Notes: generated by a model from the letters alone, not told the origin. 64,000 nt of DNA from Eledone cirrhosa (GCA_964016885.1 OZ024742.1:84320001-84384000); one strand, 5' to 3'; shown: positions 13,995-27,033, counted from the first letter of the stretch. Numbers and translations: made by a program.

Positions 13995-15291
13995 AAGAGA
14001 TATATTCGATGTCTCATATGAAATAATACAGCCAATTTTCCACGCAATACATTTAGTTAGCACCCCGAACGCTTAATTGGGAATATAATCACTTATTTCC
14101 TAATGTTTGTTGAGTGAGTTGGAATTTGGCCGGAGTATCGCTAAAAAGCTTTCTCCGATATTGTATTTATATATATATATATATATATATCGGAATGAAA
14201 GATCGATAGTAAATTAAAGATTAAGAAGAAAATAATGTAAAATGAGAGAGAAATAGGAAACGTTTTAACACATAATCGCCCTCTGTAAATGAACCGGAAT
14301 GAAAAGGAAGAAAGAAAGCTATATCATGTGGTGGAGAGTAGACGAAAAAGTAAAAAGTGGGAGCATATTATATACGAGCGTGTTTGTATGATAAAATGGG
14401 TATATTAGTGTGAGGTTTATATTGTGAGCTAAACGAGTTGTTTATACTCAGTGTATGTATAGTTATGTTAAATGAGAAATCTAAATGTCTAGCAGAGTTT
14501 ATACATTTAAATATATATTCTTACCCAGATAATTCCTCTCCACACACATACTCAGCCACCCCCCGACACATTATATATATGTATATATATGTGTGTGTAT
14601 ATATATATATCTGTATATATATATATATATGTATATGTGTGTGTGTATGTGTACATGTTATATATATATATATATGTATATATATGTGTGTGTCTGCCTG
14701 TAATTATGTGTGAGTGTAGGACAATTTGCGTGTGTATATATATATATATATATATAAATATATATTGCTTTCCGATAGAAATAAGACAGCAAATCGGATT
14801 ATTTGCTCAAATCAATTCTGTAATTAATAGGGAGATTCACCCCGGAAGCATACGAACCAAATTTAATTTCTCTGTCAGTTCAACAATTCACATTTATGAT
14901 TGTAGAGTTATTTGAAATAATTATTCTGTTTCCATACAGAAAATAAAATTTTCTATAGAGCCAAACGCCTTTGAGAATTTTCACTTCTTTTCTTCACCAG
15001 AATTAATAGCATAGTTAATTAGTTGTTTAGTTAGATTGGACCATCTAGATGTACCAAATTCCTAGTGCACTGATTCGTAAATGTAAATTAGCAGCACTAC
15101 AATATATTGTACCTGAAAATATGTTATTATGTACACATATATGTGTATGTGTGAGTGTATATATATGTACACATATATGCATGTATACATATATATGTAC
15201 ACTTATATGCATGTATGCATATGTCAGTGTATGTGTACGCGCTTCTCTGTCATATATATACATACATACACACACACACACGCACACACAC

Positions 15292-15322
15292 ATAAAAGTG
15301 TGTATACATCTTTTGGGACACC

Positions 15323-15329
<7 letters not shown>
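15292..15329 (-). mobile_element. Tc1/mariner-like terminal inverted repeat remnant
   Basis: Minus strand TATACAGGGTGTCCCAAAAG, a typical TA+CAGGGTG terminus; no partner end seen. Confidence 0.4.
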
Positions 15330-15362
<33 letters not shown>

Positions 15363-15769
15363 GTGTGCGTGTGTGTGTGTGTGTATTTGTGAACTTGAGT
15401 GCGTGCATGTGTGTGCACGTGTGTATGTGTGTTAGATGTATAGGAATATATTATTGGAGGAAAATGGAACTTTCTCTCCCACTCTCTATATGCATATGGG
15501 CACACACACAGATGACACACTCATGTGTAAATCAAAGATGTATATATATGTATATATATATAATTTTAGCAGCATATTCTTATGCCAGAATTAATTCCTG
15601 CAAAGAGAACTTTAAAATAGAATAATCTTCTAGCTTTAGGGTCTACTTATTCCTATTCACAATTATTTCTCGGATTCGGTATAGCTCTCTTCTTCTGTTT
15701 CTCTTTATTGCTGTGTGTCTCAGCAACATAGATATATACGCCTTAGATTCACAAATACATACACACAGA

Positions 15770-15853
<84 letters not shown>

Positions 15854-16684
15854 TATATATTGACACGCGTGCACACACACGTTAACCATTTATGTGCATA
15901 CTATAGAGAGTTAGAAATAGAGCAGATGTAAGTATATCGAGAGAAAATAAAAGAACCACAACTCTGCAAATGAATGCAATGCACATCATTATTGCTGTTT
16001 ATTGACCAGAAAACTGTAAGAAGAATTCTTTTGGAAACAATTCCCACAAGGTATTGCTTGCTTAGAAATGCAGATTTCATTATAATAAACCTACTGTAAC
16101 CCATCACGTGTAATTAAATATAGCCTGCTGCTTGCTATATGCCCGGGAAACCATTAAGCCTTCCGATAGAAATCTTTGTTATCTTGATAGTGATTGGTAA
16201 TGCTTACCTCATATCCAATATTCTTATAATTATTGGTTCTGCTGAAATTATTTTTGTTCCTAAGTCAATTAGAGTATATCAGGAAGTTAGTTTCCACGTA
16301 TCATATTATCAACCAAAGCTTACGTTGCACAGAAAGCCGTGAACGTATGAAGAAAGAAAACCATAAAATCTGCAACCTAGAATGAATAAAGGAGGTTAAG
16401 CAAGAACTGATTATCACCTTGTATATGAAACCGTAGATTTTGTATAATTTAGGAAAATATTTCTTATGGAGTGCGGTCTCATAAAGTGAGACAAACAGTA
16501 TCATTAACACGCTTAAGAATGAAACTAATGATAACTGAATCCTCATAGGTAACATTAACCAAAGTAGGAAATTGGAGGTTGGACATATATCTTTTTCAAA
16601 GTAATGAAGATAATATCCAATTGTTTGGAAATGCTCAACAAGCTGCTTCATGTATATTTGTAAGGTTTGATACCTAAAATAGAT

Positions 16685-16985
16685 TTGCCGAGGTTGACTT
16701 TGCCTTTCATCCTTACGGGGTCGATAAAATAAAGTACTAGTAATGCACTGGGTAATTGCTGGCCTTGTGCCTAAAGTAGAAACAATTATTTCAATTGTAT
16801 ACGGTGTAGGCGGTGGATTGGCAGTATCGGTAGAGAGTCGGACGCCATGCTTTACGGTCTGAGTTCAAATCCCGCCGAGGTTAACTTTGCCTTTCATCCT
16901 TACGGGGTCGATAAAATAAAGTACCAGTAATGCACTGGGGTAATTGCTGGCCTTGTGCCAAAAGTAGAAACAATTATTTCAATTG
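16685..16985 (+). mobile_element. SINE S1: 5'-truncated copy followed by a near-full copy
   Basis: Two S1 3' ends, each followed by AAACAATTATTTCAATTGTATAC. Confidence 0.85.
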
Positions 16986-17092
<107 letters not shown>

Positions 17093-17696
17093 GCATAAAT
17101 CCATACATATATATATACTCGGAATTTTCACCATCTCCTCCTACACTCCGCGGGAAACATTCAAGGACACACCCACAAACACTTATACTATTTTCGCAGA
17201 CACGCAACCATACATTCCCACGAATCCATACCACACAAAAACAAACACACACGTGCGTATCCTCAAATACACCTACTCGGCCTCCGGACTCCGCACGCCC
17301 CCTCTCTCTCCCCATCCCCTGACCCCTCTCCATCCATACGCATACACACACCGACTCACACCCCATGAACACACTGGTTTTCCTATTGTCCGAACACGGA
17401 ACCTCGTACTTCCCCAAACTCTCACACTCACATCCACACATCCACACACACACGTACACCTACACGCATGCAAACACACCACCTTCTGCCCTCTCCGCTC
17501 GGATCCCCTGTCTCCCTCTCCCCTCTCCCCCCTCCAACAAACCCCCACTCCCACACGCTTCCCACCCTTTCACCACTTGTTTCATTTTAATTCTTTTACC
17601 CTATTTTTAATTACTTTCCTTCCCTTTAATCCCCCCTCATTTTAATGTCTCTCCACCACTCCCCCTCACACCCTCGGAATTCTTTTCCTTCCCACT

Positions 17697-17735
17697 TTTC
17701 TCCTGATGAAGGGCTTATGCCCGAAACGTCGTTCC
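17697..17735 (+). ncRNA. Minimal hammerhead ribozyme motif (Penelope-type)
   Basis: CUGAUGA-A-GGGC-UUAU-GCCC-GAAA-CG-UC with palindromic ACGU helix III; helix I reduced to 1 bp; lies ~60 bp before a (TA)n tract. Confidence 0.55.
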
Positions 17736-17810
17736 CCAGCCCCACTCTTTGTACTACACTCTTCGTTATTACTTTTATTTTCTGTTTTAACTTATATATA
17801 TATATATATA

Positions 17811-18302
17811 TATTGGTAAAAGGAAAAGAAAATGCTGACAAATTGTTCCCAGTGAAAAATAGTTTAATTAGGAATAAGTAAAAATTAGTAATAGTATTGT
17901 TTAGTATTCAGTTTTGGGTTTAAGTTTTACCGGTTGTGCATTTCTAATGCTTTTCAAAAATAATGTTGAGATAGAGCGCCCGTGATGTTTGCTCTAATCT
18001 GATTAGTTTTGGAAATTCTACCTGTTTTATATAAAAAAAAGTGGCTCCAGATGTATGAAAACATTTTTGTGGTCAAAACAATTTTGATTGGTCGGGAGAG
18101 GTGATGTGAATGTTAAAAATTGATTTTGCGCCAAATGTAGGTTTGTCTCGGCTGATTGAGAAGTCACTGAAAAATAAGTCTTTCAAGACAACTATGTGTG
18201 TGTGTGTGTGAGTGTGTGTGTGTGTAGCAGAGTAATTCGTGGTAGAGGGATACACGTACAGACACATTCCTACTGACCATCCCTCTACCACGAATTACTC
18301 TG

Positions 18303-18400
<98 letters not shown>

Positions 18401-18940
18401 TTGTCTTAATAGGCATTTGAACTGTCAACAGGCTGCGGTTCGCACACACATCCCTGCTGACCATTATCACAACAACGAACCTCTTTACTACTACTACTAC
18501 ACACACACACACACACACACATAGTTGTCTTGAAAGACTTATTTTTCAGTGACATCTCAATCAGCCGAGACAAACCTACATTTGGCGCAAAATCAATTTT
18601 TAACATTCACATCACCTCTACCGACCAATCAAAATTGCTTTGACCACAAGAATTTTTTCATACATCTGGAGCCACTTTTGTTTACATAAAACAGGTAGAA
18701 TTTCCAAAACTAATCAGATTAGAGCAAACATCACGGGCGCTCTATCTCAAAATTATTTTTGAAAAGCATTAGAAATGCGCAACCAGTAAAACTTAAAACC
18801 AAAACTGAATACTAACCAATACTATTACTAATTTTTACTTATTCCTAATTAAACTATTTTTCACAGGGAACAATTTGTCAGCATTTTCTTTTCCTTTTAC
18901 CAATATATCATAACTCGTGTGTTACACCTCTATTCTTTTA
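17811..18940. mobile_element. Fold-back element family F, copy 1 (~385-bp inverted arms plus ~35-bp tail)
   Basis: 17811-18195 is the near-perfect reverse complement of 18519-18905; tail TATCATAACTCGTGTGTTACACCTCTATTCTTTTA; in (TA)n. Confidence 0.85.
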
Positions 18941-18949
18941 TATATATAT

Positions 18950-19045
18950 GGGTAAATATCTTTAAGTCGTTTGGAAGCCTCGACAATTGTCGAGGCTTCC
19001 AAACGACTTAAAGCTACTTACCTATTATTCCACAATGCTTCAAGC
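18950..19045. repeat. Short fold-back: 54-bp perfect palindrome plus tail
   Basis: CTTTAAGTCGTTTGGAAGCCTCGACAA|TTGTCGAGGCTTCCAAACGACTTAAAG at 18960-19013. Confidence 0.85.
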
Positions 19046-19062
19046 AAACTTCAATACTCTCT

Positions 19063-19131
<69 letters not shown>

Positions 19132-19223
19132 TTAGTTATACTATTTATGGTTATGTAAATACATGTATCGGTATGTCTCTCGGCTGAAGAGGAGGTCATA
19201 TAACTGTCCATGCATTAATAAAT

Positions 19224-19270
19224 TGCTCCGAAGAATCCAAACCTCGGTTTGGAGGAAACAGCTGTAAGCA
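19224..19270 (+). ncRNA. Hammerhead ribozyme-like motif (U4C core)
   Basis: UGCU-CCGAAGA-A-UCCAAACC-UC-GGUUUGGA-G-GAAA-CAGCUG-UA/AGCA with palindromic helix III. Confidence 0.55.
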
Positions 19271-19809
19271 CAATAATGTTTTGAACAGTTCTTTGATTCT
19301 TATATTTCATATATATATATATATATATATACATTACACAATAGACATCATCCATACTTCCCAATCCCTAACCAGCTCTAAATCTGAGTATGGGGTGAGA
19401 CGGATTTCGTCAAGCCGCAGCCTACAAATTTCCGAGTTTCTCTATAAGATTTGTCATTAAACAATATCTATTATTACCTGAAGGGATACAACCCTATAAC
19501 GTAATAAGCCTTGCTCCACCCTCTCCCATATACTCTTGACATTAAAGCCTCAAACTATGCACTAAGGTGACGTGATGTCACGCATAGGGAGGCCTTGTTC
19601 TCACAACATAACATAAAATAATCAAATTAAATCAGGAAAAGTTTAATCTATTAAGGAAATGACCGAAAAAATTTTAAGATAGAGATTTTAAGTCAAGTTC
19701 CTACTCCATAACCTAAAAACCAAAATAATAGTAATAATGAAAATAATAATATTTATATGTATTATAATACATAAACAAACACACACATATTATATGTATA
19801 CATATACAA

Positions 19810-20002
19810 GACGGTGGATTGGCAGTATCGGTAGAGAGTCGGACACCATGCTTTGAAGCATAGAGTTACGTCTCTTTTCGGTCTAAGTTCAAATCCCGCC
19901 GAGGTTAACTCTGCCTTTCATCATTACGGGGTCGATAAAATAAAGTACCAGTAATACACTGGTAATTGCTGGTACTTTATTTTATCAACCAACAGTAGAA
20001 AC

Positions 20003-20006
<4 letters not shown>
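19810..20006 (+). mobile_element. SINE S1 copy
   Basis: A and B boxes and the S1 body are present. Confidence 0.85.
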
Positions 20007-20039
<33 letters not shown>

Positions 20040-20045
<6 letters not shown>

Positions 20046-20447
20046 TAAACGGAAAAGAAAATGCTGACAGATTGTTCACAGTTTGAAAATAGTTTAATTA
20101 GGAATAAGTGAGAATTAGTAATAGTATTGGTTAGTATTCAGTTTTGGTTTTAAGTTTTACCGGTTGCGCATTTCTAATGCTTTTCAAAAATAATTTTGAG
20201 ATAGAGCGTCCGTGATGTTTGTTCTGATCAGAGCAAACATCACGGACGCTCTATCTCAAAATTATTTTTGAAAAGCATTAGAAATGCGCAACCGGTAAAA
20301 CTTTAAACCAAAACTGAATACTAACCAATACTATTACTAATTCTCACTTATTCCTAATTAAACTATTTTTCACTGTGAACAATTTGTCAGCATTTTCTTT
20401 TCCGTTTACCAATATATCATAACTTGTGTGTTACACCTCTATTCTTT

Positions 20448-20449
<2 letters not shown>
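20040..20449. mobile_element. Fold-back element family F, copy 2 (spacer-less ~375-bp palindrome plus tail)
   Basis: Centre TGA|TCA at 20227/20228; same left start (TATTGGTAAA) and same tail as copy 1. Confidence 0.85.
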
Positions 20450-20509
<60 letters not shown>

Positions 20510-20991
20510 AATACAAAGACCAAAATCCAAAGAGAAATCCGCAAGGGATATATATATATACATAAAACCATAGAGCACTAGTACATAGAAGTTTAAGCAA
20601 ATACTTTCTGCTTTCACCATGAGCGCGTGCGTGTGCGTTTTTATTCTGTGAGATTCAAATTGACCTGTTACATAATCTAAAAAAAAATCAAAATTTCATA
20701 TTTGTTTATCCTTTTGAAATTATAAAATATTTAGAAAGAAATCGGAGTTTATTTAATATCATGGAAATCATCAATCTCAATGAAGCACAATTTACCCTTA
20801 CTTGTATTTATTAAGTTATAGTCACAATGCAACTTCTTAGAAGATTTTTGTATCAATACATTTGAAACGTGAGAGCGTGAAACCTTTTTGTATTCTAATA
20901 TATGTCTATTTCATTTGTATTATATTGTATTGTGTACTATATTCCCTATTTTATCTATTAATTCTATTTTCAGATTAACATTCGATACAAA

Positions 20992-21049
20992 ATGAAGTTC
21001 AGTGTTATTGTACTTTTCATCACCTTACTTTCTTTTTGCTTTGCACAAC
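20992..21049 (+). CDS. Pif/LamG3-like secreted protein, coding exon 1 (signal peptide MKFSVIVLFITLLSFCFAQ)
   Basis: Acceptor TTTTCAG at 20973, AAAATG start, hydrophobic signal peptide, donor GTAAGT at 21050 (phase 1, compatible with the exon at 43269). Linkage across 22 kb is inferred. Confidence 0.7.
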
Positions 21050-23229
21050 GTAAGTTTAGCCTTTATACGACTGTTATTGTTTATGCCCGATGACAACCAA
21101 TGTCCGAGTATGATTATGTGTTTCCATGTGTATGTTTGTAAAATTCCCCAGTCTGAATGGAATCAGTGAAGCTTAATAAATATATAGGCTTCAAGAGACC
21201 ACAAGATATGTCAATATGCCCAACATTCTATTTGAATATAGGTAAGGTGTGTTGTGTTATGATGTTATGATTAGTATCTTGCCTTGTTTTTTACTTAAAT
21301 TGTTTGTATTTTCCTTTTATATACCTTTAAAGAAAGCCAGTTTATTTTGAAGCCAGCCTTTCACTTGGTAAACATCCTACCTGTGGATCAGCATATGCAG
21401 CATTTATTGTCATATAGAATGGAAAAGCGATGTAAACTAAAATTTTCTTTTAATTACTCGATTTCATATACCAATATTACTATCCATTCCGTAGCAGGTA
21501 CAATCCAGAAAGAGGAGTTTGTCATTAATTATAATTGATTTCTTTGGAGAATAAAGTACAAGGTTGTCTCTGGTGTCATCATCGTGATAGATATATGTTA
21601 AAGATTTCTCAATGATAAACCAGATTATATTCATGAACAAGAGAAAGTTTAGAATATTATTCCCAATTGTATCAAATCGTATAATATGTCTGACTTTACA
21701 AACGAGCAATGTGACACTTAATATATGTGTTACACTTAATCTACTATACCCCTCCTGAAGACGTGATGTGTTGTCTCTCTTTTAAATTACATTAATGGCA
21801 AACTGAAATTGATTGCTCTCCTCAGGCTCTAAATCAGATTATATAAAACGTTCTACAGATTTTATCCCCTATATGGTTTGGCAATCCCTCTAAACAACTT
21901 AATTTACATGTCGAGTATTCTTGTAAATGCTAAGACAGTGTTCTATCAAATATCGCGTGAGTTCAATGCGATTTAAATATTGTAGATAATTATTTCTTAA
22001 CTTTGCATGAAATTAAGTAATGACTGGCAAAATTAGAAACGTGAAATAAATGAAAAACATTAACCAATTTGTAGATGAATGTGAGGTCGCAATTTACGAA
22101 TGACGTAGCATGAAGCTTTATATGAAAGAGGTAATCAGCTTTAACATAAGATTACTCTAATCCTGAAACACTAATAGAATCATTTACAGTTTTACCCCCA
22201 GCCTTTCATACTACGAATCAGACTTTAGCGTTTGTGTACAACAGTAGATATAGGCTACAAATCTGAAGAACAGTGTAACATCACTCAATGTAACCAGTTT
22301 CTTGAACATAGATTATTATCCATACATTTTACAAAGTTAGGATATATATATGTATTATATTGGAATTATGATTATAAAAAAGTCAAAGCTAGGGATAATT
22401 AACAATAGACGATAAAAGATTGGGAACAGATCTATATTCATTGGAAATGAAACAATTTTTTTCATGGAGTATCAATGAAAATATCTATTAGTTAGATACT
22501 GTTCCAGAATTCCTGGTTACATTTACTTTAATTTTACCTCAATAAATTTGTCCTAACTACCATAGTGAAATACAAATGAGGAGGAATATAAATCAATGTA
22601 AGTTAATGTAGAAATTATTCCAAATACATTTGTGTATGATAACATCTCTGATATTATCGACCAATTATTTATATATAATAAATAAAATATACTTTATTAC
22701 ATACTGATTCAAAGTTAAATATCTGAACACACACACACACACACACATATACATATATATATATATATATGCACATATATATATATATATATATATATAT
22801 AGTCATGTAATAAACAACATAAGGCAATTATTTCATTTACCAGTGGTTTCCTAACTCTTTTATAGTGTTTATTTGTTGATACACGTAACAAAACGATGCC
22901 TAAGGATTCAAGGACCAATATTGATCATATTTACAGAATATAAGAGGGATCAAAATTGCGGCGGAATCTTCAGGAGCTTTCACGAGTGTATAAGATGATG
23001 TTAAAATAATGCGTGTTACAAACGCTAGTTTACGAATAACGTATTATAACAAATGAAAATAATTCCAAGATGTAAATCTGAAATAGCAAATTCGTACACG
23101 TGTATTGTTCGTAGGCTATAGCAGATGTATATTATTATCTAGTGGTATGTAATATAGAAATAGGAATATCTAATAAGGTATGGAGAAGAATAGTATAGGA
23201 TGTAAGTAAATGGGTGTACATTATTATCT

Positions 23230-23354
23230 AAGTTTGGAAAAAGAAAGAGAAAGAAAATGAAAAAGATATTACGAAAGTATATATATATATATATATATAT
23301 ATATTCTTCCGTAATATCATTTTCATTTGCTTTCTCTTTCTTTTTCCAAACTTA
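23230..23354. repeat. Imperfect inverted repeat around a (TA)n spacer
   Basis: AAGTTTGGAAAAAGAAAGAGAAAG...GATATTACG vs CGTAATATC...CTTTCTCTTTCTTTTTTCCAAACTT. Confidence 0.7.
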
Positions 23355-23659
23355 CATATATATGTATATGTGTAGAGGTTATATTTAATTTGTTGGGATA
23401 CAACAAGCAAAATATTTTTATAACTGATATAAGGCACTCAACAAATTATTGGAGGAAATATACAATATATTGGTGGCCCTTGAAATATGTATGATGAAAT
23501 AAATATGGTTTTATAAATATAGTTTCCATTTGTTAATATATTATATATATATATATAGGAGGAAGTTATAGTTCACTTGCAGCATTGTGTAATTAGGTAT
23601 AAACGTTTGTATTTGTAAAGCCTAATTGTCTATATATAGTGATCAGTTATATATATATA

Positions 23660-26100
23660 TATAAAGTGATCAGTTTCTTTCTGATGACTCGCTCCATGAC
23701 CTTACTGATATGTGACGTCAGGGAGACTGGCCTATAGTTTTTGATCTCCGCTCTGCTACCTCCTTTATGGATAGGGCATATTGTGCCTTCTTTCAGATCC
23801 GTGGGTAGTATACTGCTAGCCAAGGAGCTTCTGAAGAGCGTCTTCAGTGGATTTGCTAAAGTCCGCTTACATGTTTTTAAGAGGACTGCTGGGAATCGAT
23901 CAGGTCTAGCAGCTGAGTCTGTTCTAATTTCATCTATGGCGTATACCACATCCTCCTCCGTTATGTCTATGAGGTTGATGGTCAACATACCTTCATGTAG
24001 TGTTGTGGCATCAAAGAACTCCTCTGGCTTTGTTATTTGCATGTGCATCAGTGGACATGTGAACACACTTTTGTACTGTTCGTTCAGCATTTCACATATC
24101 TCTTGGGGATTCTCGGTTAATGAACCGTCTGTATGGAAGAGTGGCCCAATCTTGCAGTGTACCGAGGCAGTTTCTTTTGCAAATTTAAAGAAGGCTTTAG
24201 GGTTTGTTTTAATATTTTCTATGGCACTGAATTCTTTCTTTGCCCTCTCATTTTCATGGGAAAGTTTGAGTGCAACCTCGGTGTCAAGTAGTGCACGTTT
24301 CAAATAGGATTCCTTCTTGATTTTGTTTTCTTGTGCATTCAACTGGTTTGAGAGCTTGGTTCTACGTCTCATAAGGATTTTCCTATCTCTAGAAATAAGA
24401 TTTTTGTGTCTGTTTGCCTTTTTCTCCGGGACAAACCTTTTGCATATAGTGTGTATGAATGTCAATAGTGTTGAAATTGTGTGGCGGTGTTTTAGCTACA
24501 TATTTGCTTCCGGATTTCTCTCTTGATCTTTTTCCAGTTAGCTTTGTAGAAGTTAAGGCTGTATAACGCCCCGGTGCTTCTTGATGGTTGTGTCTCTGTT
24601 GGTTCTCTCGGACCACATATCATTAGTTCTACGAAGTTATGATCCGAGAAATTTGTTGGTGTCACCTTTACATTCTGGATGAGCACTTCGTTGTTTGTAA
24701 AACAGAGGTCCAGGACATTTTCGCCTCTTGTTGGGAGGAGTACTGATGTTCCATGAACAGCCTGTATGTGAGGGCCAGCAGAGACTCCGTCTGTCTCTGT
24801 TCTATTGATGTCATTCCAGGGAGGAGGTGGCTCTGAGGCCATTTGACCTTTGGCAGGTTAAAGTCTCCCAGCAGTAGAATGTTGAGTCAAGGATCTCTTC
24901 TATCCTACTGAGGCTATCCTCAAATTTACCCTCATGACTGGGGGCATCGAGCGGCCGATATGTGACACATATTACTGTATTTAGTTGCTTCATATGTACT
25001 ATCATTGTGTCACAGACTGAGTTTGAATGTATCAACAGTACAATTGGTGTGAAATCTTCACGGATATACAGAGAAACCCCACCATGAGTTCTTTCCTTTC
25101 TGTCCGAACGAAATACAGTATATTTCGGTATATGTATTTCTGCATCTGCTATATTGCTTCTCAGGTGAGTTTCGGTTAGTGTCATGCATAATGCTTGATT
25201 GCTTATGGCTAAGTCTCCCAGGTAGGAAATTTTACTCATGTTAGGGAGTTTCACCAGGCTCTGACATTCAGCAGCAGCACTGGGGTGACGTTTGGGGTGC
25301 CAGCAATGGCTGTCGGTATGACATCTGGCCTGGTGTCAGCGGGGGCCACTCTGGGTGCCTTAATTGTGGTGGTCTCGAGTGCTGGTGTAGGTGGCCCAGG
25401 CTCTGAAATTTATGGGCATAGTTCGCTTGGGCCCTGGGGTGAGCGAACCTGCAGGCCATCACTGTCTCTCCATGCCAGCAGGTCCCGTTCCTGAATAACT
25501 TGCACATTACCTGGGTTTTCTTGCTCTCAGTGTCTCGGAGCTTTCTGTTCTTCATTTGGACAGTTGTCCACTGGTCCCTCTCCGCTTGGTTCTCCTTCGG
25601 AAGGTCATTTCGCTTCTCACCTTTGCCGTTTGCTTGTTGGTTGCCCGGCCTGCCATCCCTGACTGTGGCGGCGGGTATCTCATTTTCTTTCAGCTCCGTG
25701 CTTGTGCTTTCTTCCTTTTCTTTTCCTTTCCCCTCTCTTTCTCCCCGTTTTTCTCCTCCTTGAGGACACAGCTTAGCATCGCCATATGTGGCGCTATGAG
25801 GTCGTAGGCCTTCTCGATTTCTTTTCTTTTTCTTTCTATCTGGGCCAGAGTCCCCAAGAAGCCATGGTTCCTCAGGGTCTCCGCAATCTTTTTGCTTGGT
25901 GGTGACCCATCAGCCAGGCTCCACCCTTTGATCAAAACCGTTAGCTCCATCTTTGACCAGTTTCGCTGGCTTTTAATTTCCCCTTTTCCCTGCAAGCAGT
26001 CCATATCGCTGTAGAGGGGAGAGAGATAGCGGGAAGGGTAGGGAAAATGTTAGAGAGGAAAAGAGAGAGGGAGAGAGATATAAGTCCAGTGAGAATTTCA
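23660..26100 (-). mobile_element. CR1-like LINE, 5' portion (ORF1 with CCCH finger, AP endonuclease, RT N-terminus), frameshifted and 3'-truncated
   Basis: Motifs LTETHL, FRSDR..RTHGGV, TYRP, N.LDL.FTN, FSDHN, NPKAFFKF, PIHKGG..NYRPVSLTSHISKVMER; ORF1 CKLFRNGTCWHG..CRFAHP. Confidence 0.85.
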
Positions 26101-26115
26101 GGTGCGATTTAGAGG

Positions 26116-26177
<62 letters not shown>

Positions 26178-26480
26178 GCGATCTAGAGACAGAGAGAGAG
26201 AGATAGAGAGAAAGAAAGAAGGAGAGAGACAGGGTGAAAGATAGCAGCGTATACATGAAACGGTCAAAGACAGCCTTAAATATCAATAATTAATGTCGTT
26301 CGAAAAACAATAATATTTCACGGTTATATATATACATTTCGCGGTATATATACATATACGTATATATCATATATATATATATATATGTATATATGTGAAA
26401 CATATATATATATATATATATATGTATGCATGTATGTGTGTGTGTGTATGAATATATATATATATGCATATATTTATATG

Positions 26481-26516
<36 letters not shown>

Positions 26517-26880
26517 TATTGGTAAACGGAATAGAAAATGCTGAGAAATTGTTCACAGTTGAAAAATGGTTTAATTAGGAATAAAAGAGTATTAGTGATT
26601 GTATGGGTTAGTATTCAGTTGTGGTTTTAAGTTTTTAAGTTTTTACCGGTTGCGCATTTCTAAATGCTTTTCAAAAATAATTTTGAGATAGACCGGTAAA
26701 AACTTACCGCAACCGGTAAAAACTTAAAAACTTAAAACCACAACTGAATACTAACCCATACAATCACTAATACTCTTTTATTCCTAATTAAACCATTTTT
26801 CAACTGTGAACAATTTCTCAGCATTTTCTATTCCGTTTACCAATATATAATAACTTGTGTGTTACACCTCTATTCTTTTA
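26517..26880. mobile_element. Fold-back element family F, copy 3
   Basis: Arms 26517-26692 and 26708-26845 with a 15-nt filler; same start and tail as copies 1 and 2. Confidence 0.85.
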
Positions 26881-26909
26881 ACTATATATATATATATATA
26901 CATATATAA

Positions 26910-26944
<35 letters not shown>

Positions 26945-27033
26945 TAATGTATATATGTGTGTGTGTATATACATATATAGGTATAAGAGTGTGGTTTTTT
27001 TGCGAGTGTGTGGGGTGAGGTTTTATATATATA

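Noticed and set aside
16209-16240. Possible minus-strand micro-exon (TTTCAG...GAG/GTAAGC)
   Set aside because: Isolated, with no partner exons or recognisable peptide.
19481-19507. TTATTAC-CTGAAGG...GTAATAA hairpin
   Set aside because: GAAA and the cleavage triplet are missing.
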